DNA of 32,000 nucleotides from Candidatus Saccharimonadota bacterium (GTDB lineage Archaea; Micrarchaeota; Micrarchaeia; Micrarchaeales; Micrarchaeaceae): NCBI GenBank assembly GCA_963705375.1, contig OY970071.1, positions 930,001 to 962,000 of the forward strand, read 5' to 3'. Shown piece by piece: positions 15,630 to 22,377 of this stretch (position 1 is its first letter; each line of letters starts with the position of its first letter). The notes under the pieces were generated by a model. It saw only the letters and a program-made list of their open reading frames with translations, ran no database searches and was not told where the DNA came from. The position numbers and the translations under genes were made by a program.

Positions 15630-15827
15630 TCAGCCGCACGCAAGACGTATGTCCGCAGCTGCTACTGTCTTCCTTTTTGCATGCTTTGAGAGCATCACTG
15701 CCTTCTCTGCTGTTCTATAAGCCATCCTATTGATATACTTCTGCAGTTCTGCGCATGCCTCATCGCTAACTCTTGAGGCCCCTGCCTCCTTGAGAACTTT
15801 CCTCATTGTAGAACTCGCTATGAACAT
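15630..15827 (-). CDS. Archaeal histone (HMf-type histone fold), copy 1
   Basis: The 65-aa product ...RKVLKEAGASRVSDEACAELQKYINRMAYRTAEKAVMLSKHAKRKTVAAADIRLA aligns along its length with the HMfB pattern (..IIKDAGAERVSDDA.........EA..LA.HAGRKT....DI.LA). Its stop is 5 nt from the BofA-like stop (convergent). An alternative start is Met-8 at 15806. Confidence 0.9.
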   Translation of the reverse strand: MFIASSTMRKVLKEAGASRVSDEACAELQKYINRMAYRTAEKAVMLSKHAKRKTVAAADIRLACG

Positions 15828-16005
15828 ACAATCACTTCTGGCTTATATAAGTGGAAAGGCTTAAAAGTCTGGCACTCCTGTGCGCATTAGCGGAAGTTTG
15901 GCAACGTCTGAACTACAGAGCGTTAAGACGCTTTTAGGATTTAAGATTAACGACTTTTGTCCTCAGCCCTCCAAAAAGATACCTATTTATATGTAAAAAG
16001 GCAAT
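15828..16005. promoter_or_regulatory. Divergent intergenic region carrying two opposed TATA boxes (histone 1, and repeat-protein gene 2)
   Basis: ttatataa at 15843-15850 lies 16 nt upstream of the histone ATG on the minus strand. tatttatatg at 15984-15993 lies upstream of the ATG at 16006. A small hairpin gcgt-taag-acgc followed by tttt is at 15920-15935. The region is repeated at 19392-19569 and 22200-22377. Confidence 0.5.
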
Positions 16006-18807
16006 ATGATTCTTGTTCTTATGACTGACAGAAACTTGGACCCTACAAAGGGCAAAGAGTCTAGAAATTCGCAAGATAATATTTCGGAAATATTGCGCAG
16101 CGAAGCAGAAGGGCAACATGACAGTGCAGCATCTGTAGTCGAAGATCAGACGAATCAAGACAAGAAAATACGGCTGCTAAACGACCACGACATTATTGTT
16201 TCTGCATCAGATTTTGTCTTAGACGCGAGTTTGGTGACTCTAACTGAGAATGTCAAAACTTTAGAAGACAACCACCTTCCCCTCGATAAGTCAATAGAAG
16301 TCCTACGCTCCGATCCCCAGCGCCTAAGAGACAACATCCAGACCCTCACAGCCAACCACCTCCCTCTCGACCAGTCGATAGCAGTCCTGGGCTCCGACCC
16401 CCAGCACCTGAGAGACAACATCCAGACCCTCACAGCCAACCACCTCCCTCTCGACCAGTCGATAGCAGTCCTGGGCTCCGACCCCCAGCGCCTAAAAGAC
16501 AACATCCAGACCCTCACCGACAACCACCTTCCCCTCGACCAGTCGATAGCAGTCCTTATGTCCGATCCCCAGCGCCTAAGAGACAACATCCAGACCCTCA
16601 CAGCCAACCACCTCCCTCTCGATAAGTCAATAGAAGTCCTACGCTCCGACCCCCGGCGCCTAAGAGACAACATCCAGACCCTCACAGCCAACCACCTCCC
16701 TCTCGACCAGTCGATAGCAGTCCTGGGCTCCGACCCCCAGCACCTGAGAGACAACATCCAGACCCTCACCGACAGCCACCTTCCCCTCGATAAGTCAATA
16801 GAAGTCCTACGCTCCGATCCCCAGCGCCTAAGAGACAACATCCAGACCCTCACCGACAGCCACCTTCCCCTCGACCAGTCGATAGCAGTCCTTATGTCCG
16901 ATCCCCAGCGCCTAAGAGACAACATCCAGACCCTCACAGCCAACCACCTCCCTCTCGACCAGTCGATAGCAGTCCTGGGCTCCGACCCCCAGCACCTGAG
17001 AGACAACATCCAGACCCTCACCGACAGCCACCTTCCCCTCGATAAGTCAATAGAAGTCCTACGCTCCGATCCCCAGCGCCTAAGAGACAACATCCAGACC
17101 CTCACCGACAACCACCTCCCTCTTGATCAGTCAATAGAAGCCCTAGGCTCCGATCCCCAGCACCTAAAAGACAACATCCAGACCCTCACCGACAACCACC
17201 TCCCTATTGATCAATCGATAGAAGTCCTGATGTCCGACCCTCAGCACCTAAGAGACAACATCCAGACCCTCACCGCCAACCATCTTCCCCTCGACCAGTC
17301 GATATTCGTCTTGGGCTCAGATCCCCAGCGCCTAAAAGACAACATCCAGACCCTCACAGCCAACCACCTCCCTCTTGATCAGTCGATAGAAGTCCTACGC
17401 TCCGATCCCCAGCGCCTAAGAGACAACATCCAGACCCTCACAGCCAACCACCTCCCTCTCGACCAGTCGATAGCAGTCCTGGGCTCCGACCCCCAGCGCC
17501 TAAAAGACAACATCCAGACCCTCACAGCCAACCACCTCCCTCTCGACCAGTCGATAGCAGTCCTGGGCTCCGACCCCCAGCGCCTAAAAGACAACATCCA
17601 GACACTCACCGACAACCACCTCCCTCTTGATCAGTCGATAGAAGTCCTAGGCTCCGACCCCCAGCGCCTAAAAGACAACATCCAGACCCTCACCGACAAC
17701 CACCTCCCTCTTGATCAGTCAATAGAAGCCCTAGGCTCCGATCCCCAGCACCTAAAAGACAACATCCAGACCCTCACCGACAACCACCTTCCCCTCGACC
17801 AGTCGATAGCAGTCCTTATGTCCGATCCCCAGCGCCTAAAAGACAACATCCAGACCCTCACAGCCAACCACCTTCCCCTCGACCAGTCGATAGCAGTCCT
17901 GGGCTCCGACCCCCAGCACCTGAGAGACAACATCCAGACCCTCACCGACAGCCACCTTCCCCTCGATAAGTCAATAGAAGTCCTACGCTCCGATCCCCAG
18001 CGCCTAAGAGACAACATCCAGACCCTCACCGACAGCCACCTTCCCCTCGATAAGTCAATAGAAGTCCTACGCTCCGATCCCCGGCGCCTAAGAGACAACA
18101 TCCAGACCCTCACAGCCAACCACCTCCCTCTCGACCAGTCGATAGCAGTCCTACGCTCCGATCCCCAGCGCCTAAGAGACAACATCCAGACCCTCACCGA
18201 CAACCACCTTCCCCTCGACCAGTCGATAGCAGTCCTTATGTCCGACCCTCAGCACCTAAGAGACAACATCCAGACCCTCACCGCCAACCATCTTCCCCTC
18301 GATAAGTCAATAAGCGTTCTAAGCTCCGACCCCCAGCGCCTAAAAGACAACATTCAGATTTTCCGAGCAAACAGTCTTCCCATCGTCCATTCGATATCCG
18401 CTCTAAGTGCCGATCCTGCCCGTATAAAAAAGAACATCACTCTATTATCCGAGCATAATGTTTCTCTCACCAAATCAATCCGGGTTCTGACTGGCGACCC
18501 TGTGCACGTCGAAGAAAATATCGCGACGCTGGAGGCTAGAGAAATAGATTTCGCAAAAGCAACTGATGTTTTACGTGCAAATCCCGGACATTTGAGGGAG
18601 AACATCGTGACTTTGGATGCCGCTGAAATCGATTTTACCAATACGGTTTCTGTCCTAAATGCAAATCCAAAGTCCCTTAAGGAAAACATCCAGACCCTGA
18701 TCAGTCTGGGAATGAACCCCTCAGAGTTCCCGCAACCGTCCCTTCTTAAGTACTCGCCCAAACGATTTAGAAAGGCCTTGGCGGAATTGATGGCTATTTC
18801 TGTATGA
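16006..18807 (+). CDS. 28-aa-repeat alpha-solenoid-like protein, paralogue 2 (933 aa; 25 canonical repeats)
   Basis: Same architecture as paralogue 1. The N-terminal 150 aa are identical to paralogue 4. The protein is 336 aa (12 x 28) longer than paralogues 1 and 4. Confidence 0.85.
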   Translation: MILVLMTDRNLDPTKGKESRNSQDNISEILRSEAEGQHDSAASVVEDQTNQDKKIRLLNDHDIIVSASDFVLDASLVTLTENVKTLEDNHLPLDKSIEVLRSDPQRLRDNIQTLTANHLPLDQSIAVLGSDPQHLRDNIQTLTANHLPLDQSIAVLGSDPQRLKDNIQTLTDNHLPLDQSIAVLMSDPQRLRDNIQTLTANHLPLDKSIEVLRSDPRRLRDNIQTLTANHLPLDQSIAVLGSDPQHLRDNIQTLTDSHLPLDKSIEVLRSDPQRLRDNIQTLTDSHLPLDQSIAVLMSDPQRLRDNIQTLTANHLPLDQSIAVLGSDPQHLRDNIQTLTDSHLPLDKSIEVLRSDPQRLRDNIQTLTDNHLPLDQSIEALGSDPQHLKDNIQTLTDNHLPIDQSIEVLMSDPQHLRDNIQTLTANHLPLDQSIFVLGSDPQRLKDNIQTLTANHLPLDQSIEVLRSDPQRLRDNIQTLTANHLPLDQSIAVLGSDPQRLKDNIQTLTANHLPLDQSIAVLGSDPQRLKDNIQTLTDNHLPLDQSIEVLGSDPQRLKDNIQTLTDNHLPLDQSIEALGSDPQHLKDNIQTLTDNHLPLDQSIAVLMSDPQRLKDNIQTLTANHLPLDQSIAVLGSDPQHLRDNIQTLTDSHLPLDKSIEVLRSDPQRLRDNIQTLTDSHLPLDKSIEVLRSDPRRLRDNIQTLTANHLPLDQSIAVLRSDPQRLRDNIQTLTDNHLPLDQSIAVLMSDPQHLRDNIQTLTANHLPLDKSISVLSSDPQRLKDNIQIFRANSLPIVHSISALSADPARIKKNITLLSEHNVSLTKSIRVLTGDPVHVEENIATLEAREIDFAKATDVLRANPGHLRENIVTLDAAEIDFTNTVSVLNANPKSLKENIQTLISLGMNPSEFPQPSLLKYSPKRFRKALAELMAISV
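16249..18348 (+). repeat. Array of 25 in-frame 84-bp units (coding)
   Basis: Counted from the translated sequence. The array ends exactly where the NIQIFRANS degenerate unit starts (aac at 18349). Confidence 0.95.
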
Positions 18808-18816
18808 TGCCGATTT

Positions 18817-19188
18817 ATGCCGTTTGGTGTGTCTGCGTCTTGCCTATTAGACCAATGCGTAAAACCTTTTATTGATTGTTATCCATACGGTATCGTGGTG
18901 ACCATGGCCGCACTGTCCATCAGCAGCACACTCCTGGGAGAGATCGTACTCATAGCGCTGATAGCGGTCGTTCTGTTCATCATATTCAAGCTGGGCAAGT
19001 TCTTCTTCAAGCTTATCTTTGGAATATTAGCGAATAGCATATTGGGTCTGATAGCGATATTTGTTCTAAACGATTTCCTGAATTTCAGCATACCGATAAG
19101 TTTTGCTACGATGGTTCCAACAGCGATATTCGGTCTGCCTGCCGTGGGCACTCTTGTGATACTGCGCTTCTTCGGAATACCCCTCTGA
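18817..19188 (+). CDS. BofA-like small integral membrane protein, copy 2
   Basis: 123/123 aa identical to copy 1, with the same 9-nt spacing after the upstream stop. Confidence 0.65.
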   Translation: MPFGVSASCLLDQCVKPFIDCYPYGIVVTMAALSISSTLLGEIVLIALIAVVLFIIFKLGKFFFKLIFGILANSILGLIAIFVLNDFLNFSIPISFATMVPTAIFGLPAVGTLVILRFFGIPL

Positions 19189-19193
19189 AAGGA

Positions 19194-19391
19194 TCAGCCG
19201 CACGCAAGACGTATGTCCGCAGCTGCTACTGTCTTCCTTTTTGCATGCTTTGAGAGCATCACTGCCTTCTCTGCTGTTCTATAAGCCATCCTATTGATAT
19301 ACTTCTGCAGTTCTGCGCATGCCTCATCGCTGACCCTTGTTGCCCCTGCCTCCTTGAGAACTTTCCTCATTGTAGAACTCGCTATGAACAT
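19194..19391 (-). CDS. Archaeal histone, copy 2
   Basis: Differs from copy 1 at one residue (AGATRVS against AGASRVS), inside a cluster of 5 nucleotide differences. Confidence 0.9.
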   Translation of the reverse strand: MFIASSTMRKVLKEAGATRVSDEACAELQKYINRMAYRTAEKAVMLSKHAKRKTVAAADIRLACG

Positions 19392-19569
19392 ACAATCACT
19401 TCTGGCTTATATAAGTGGAAAGGCTTAAAAGTCTGGCACTCCTGTGCGCATTAGCGGAAGTTTGGCAACGTCTGAACTACAGAGCGTTAAGACGCTTTTA
19501 GGATTTAAGATTAACGACTTTTGTCCTCAGCCCTCCAAAAAGATACCTATTTATATGTAAAAAGGCAAT
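19392..19569. promoter_or_regulatory. Divergent intergenic region (histone 2, and repeat-protein gene 3)
   Basis: The TATA elements are at 19407-19414 (minus-strand gene) and 19548-19557 (plus-strand gene). The sequence is essentially identical to 15828-16005. Confidence 0.5.
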
Positions 19570-21615
19570 ATGATTCTTGTTCTTATGACTGACAGAAACT
19601 TGGACCCTACAAAGGGCAAAGAGTCTAGAAATTCGCAAGATAATATTTCGGAAATATTGCGCAGCGAAGCAGAAGGGCAACACAACAGTGCTGTATCTGC
19701 GGCTGAAGACCAGACAGATCAAGACAAGAAGATACAGCTGTTACGCGACCACAACATTATCGTTTCGGAGTCTGATTTCATATTAAACACACGTCTGGCG
19801 ACGTTAACTGAGAATATCAGAACCTTAGAAGACAACCACCTTCCTCTTAATCAGTCAATATTCGTCCTGGGCTCCGATCCCCAGCGCCTAAAAGACAACA
19901 TCCAGACACTCACCGACAACCACCTCCCTCTTGATCAGTCGATAGAAGTCCTAGGCTCCGACCCCCAGCGCCTAAAAGACAACATCCAGACCCTCACCGA
20001 CAACCACCTCCCTCTTGATCAGTCAATAGAAGCCCTAGGCTCCGATCCCCAGCACCTAAAAGACAACATCCAGACCCTCACCGACAACCACCTTCCCCTC
20101 GACCAGTCGATAGCAGTCCTTATGTCCGATCCCCAGCGCCTAAGAGACAACATCCAGACCCTCACAGCCAACCACCTCCCTCTCGACCAGTCGATAGCAG
20201 TCCTACGCTCCGATCCCCAGCGCCTAAGAGACAACATCCAGACCCTCACAGCCAACCACCTCCCTCTTGATCAGTCGATAGAAGTCCTAGGCTCCGACCC
20301 CCAGCGCCTAAAAGACAACATCCAGACCCTCACCGACAACCACCTCCCTCTTGATCAGTCAATAGAAGCCCTAGGCTCCGATCCCCAGCACCTAAAAGAC
20401 AACATCCAGACCCTCACCGACAACCACCTTCCCCTCGACCAGTCGATAGCAGTCCTTATGTCCGATCCCCAGCGCCTAAGAGACAACATCCAGACCCTCA
20501 CAGCCAACCACCTCCCTCTCGACCAGTCGATAGCAGTCCTGGGCTCCGACCCCCAGCACCTGAGAGACAACATCCAGACCCTCACCGACAGCCACCTTCC
20601 CCTCGATAAGTCAATAGAAGTCCTACGCTCCGATCCCCGGCGCCTAAGAGACAACATCCAGACCCTCACAGCCAACCACCTCCCTCTCGACCAGTCGATA
20701 GCAGTCCTGGGCTCCGACCCCCAGCACCTGAGAGACAACATCCAGACCCTCACCGCCAACCATCTTCCCCTCGACCAGTCGATATTCGTCTTGGGCTCAG
20801 ATCCCCAGCGCCTAAAAGACAACATCCAGACCCTCACAGCCAACCACCTCCCTCTTGATCAGTCAATAGAAGTCCTACGCTCCGATCCCCAGCGCCTAAA
20901 AGACAACATCCAGACCCTCACCGACAACCACCTCCCTCTTGATCAGTCGATAGAAGTCCTACGCTCCGATCCCCAGCGCCTAAAAGACAACATCCAGACC
21001 CTCACCGACAACCACCTCCCTATTGATCAATCGATAGAAGTCCTGATGTCCGACCCTCAGCACCTAAGAGACAACATCCAGACACTCACAGCCAACCACC
21101 TTCCCCTCGATAAGTCAATAAGCGTTCTAAGCTCCGACCCCCAGCGCCTAAAAGACAACATTCAGATTTTCCGAGCAAACAGTCTTCCCATCGCCCATTC
21201 GATATCCGCTCTAAGTGCCGATCCTGCCCGTATAAAAAAGAACATCACTCTATTATCCGAGCATAATGTTTCTCTCACCAAATCAATCCGGGTTCTGACT
21301 GGCGACCCTGTGCACGTCGAAGAAAATATCGCGACGCTGGAGGCTAGAGAAATAGATTTCGCAAAAGCAACTGATGTTTTACGTGCAAATCCCGGACATT
21401 TGAGTGAGAACATCGTGACTTTGGATGCCGCTGAAATCGATTTTACCAATACGGTTTCTGTCCTAAATGCAAATCCAAAGTCCCTTAAGGAAAACATCCA
21501 GACCCTGATCAGTCTGGGAATGAACCCCTCAGAGTTCCCGCAACCGTCCCTTCTTAAGTACTCGCCCAAACGATTTAGAAAGGCCTTGGCGGAATTGATG
21601 GCTATTTCTGCATGA
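19570..21615 (+). CDS. 28-aa-repeat alpha-solenoid-like protein, paralogue 3 (681 aa; 16 canonical repeats)
   Basis: Same architecture as the other paralogues. It has a divergent block at about aa 38-100 (nt ~19681-19870), for example QHNSAVSAAEDQTDQDKKIQLLRDHNIIVSESDFILNTRLATLTENIRTL. Confidence 0.85.
   Translation: MILVLMTDRNLDPTKGKESRNSQDNISEILRSEAEGQHNSAVSAAEDQTDQDKKIQLLRDHNIIVSESDFILNTRLATLTENIRTLEDNHLPLNQSIFVLGSDPQRLKDNIQTLTDNHLPLDQSIEVLGSDPQRLKDNIQTLTDNHLPLDQSIEALGSDPQHLKDNIQTLTDNHLPLDQSIAVLMSDPQRLRDNIQTLTANHLPLDQSIAVLRSDPQRLRDNIQTLTANHLPLDQSIEVLGSDPQRLKDNIQTLTDNHLPLDQSIEALGSDPQHLKDNIQTLTDNHLPLDQSIAVLMSDPQRLRDNIQTLTANHLPLDQSIAVLGSDPQHLRDNIQTLTDSHLPLDKSIEVLRSDPRRLRDNIQTLTANHLPLDQSIAVLGSDPQHLRDNIQTLTANHLPLDQSIFVLGSDPQRLKDNIQTLTANHLPLDQSIEVLRSDPQRLKDNIQTLTDNHLPLDQSIEVLRSDPQRLKDNIQTLTDNHLPIDQSIEVLMSDPQHLRDNIQTLTANHLPLDKSISVLSSDPQRLKDNIQIFRANSLPIAHSISALSADPARIKKNITLLSEHNVSLTKSIRVLTGDPVHVEENIATLEAREIDFAKATDVLRANPGHLSENIVTLDAAEIDFTNTVSVLNANPKSLKENIQTLISLGMNPSEFPQPSLLKYSPKRFRKALAELMAISA
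19813..21156 (+). repeat. Array of 16 in-frame 84-bp units (coding)
   Basis: Counted from the translation. The array ends where NIQIFRANS begins (aac at 21157). Confidence 0.95.
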
Positions 21616-21624
21616 TGCCGATTT

Positions 21625-21996
21625 ATGCCGTTTGGTGTGTCTGCGTCTTGCCTATTAGACCAATGCGTAAAACCTTTTATTGATTGTTATCCATACGGTA
21701 TCGTGGTGACCATGGCCGCACTGTCCATCAGCAGCACACTCCTGGGAGAGATCGTACTCATAGCGCTGATAGCGGTCGTTCTGTTCATCATATTCAAACT
21801 GGGAAAGACGATACTCAAGTTCTTCTTCGGAATAATAGCGAACAGCATACTAGGGTTGATAGCAATACTGGCGTTCCATTATTTTCTGGGCTTTGACATA
21901 CCCATCAACTATGCCACGATGGTTCCAACAGCGATATTCGGTCTGCCTGCCGTGGGCACTCTTGTGATACTGCGCTTCTTCGGAATACCCCTCTGA
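21625..21996 (+). CDS. BofA-like small integral membrane protein, copy 3 (mosaic variant)
   Basis: Identical to copies 1 and 2 at both ends but divergent in the central patch nt ~21797-21918 (KTILKFFFGIIANSILGLIAILAFHYFLGFDIPINYAT against KFFFKLIFGILANSILGLIAIFVLNDFLNFSIPISFAT). Confidence 0.65.
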   Translation: MPFGVSASCLLDQCVKPFIDCYPYGIVVTMAALSISSTLLGEIVLIALIAVVLFIIFKLGKTILKFFFGIIANSILGLIAILAFHYFLGFDIPINYATMVPTAIFGLPAVGTLVILRFFGIPL

Positions 21997-22001
21997 AAGG
22001 A

Positions 22002-22199
22002 TCAGCCGCACGCAAGACGTATGTCCGCAGCTGCTACTGTCTTCCTTTTTGCATGCTTTGAGAGCATCACTGCCTTCTCTGCTGTTCTATAAGCCATCCT
22101 ATTGATATACTTCTGCAGTTCTGCGCATGCCTCATCGCTGACCCTTGTTGCCCCTGCCTCCTTGAGAACTTTCCTCATTGTAGAACTCGCTATGAACAT
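22002..22199 (-). CDS. Archaeal histone, copy 3
   Basis: The protein is identical to copy 2. Confidence 0.9.
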   Translation of the reverse strand: MFIASSTMRKVLKEAGATRVSDEACAELQKYINRMAYRTAEKAVMLSKHAKRKTVAAADIRLACG

Positions 22200-22377
22200 A
22201 CAATCACTTCTGGCTTATATAAGTGGAAAGGCTTAAAAGTCTGGCACTCCTGTGCGCATTAGCGGAAGTTTGGCAACGTCTGAACTACAGAGCGTTAAGA
22301 CGCTTTTAGGATTTAAGATTAACGACTTTTGTCCTCAGCCCTCCAAAAAGATACCTATTTATATGTAAAAAGGCAAT
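22200..22377. promoter_or_regulatory. Divergent intergenic region (histone 3, and repeat-protein gene 4)
   Basis: The TATA elements are at 22215-22222 and 22356-22365. This is the same sequence as the other two copies. Confidence 0.5.
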
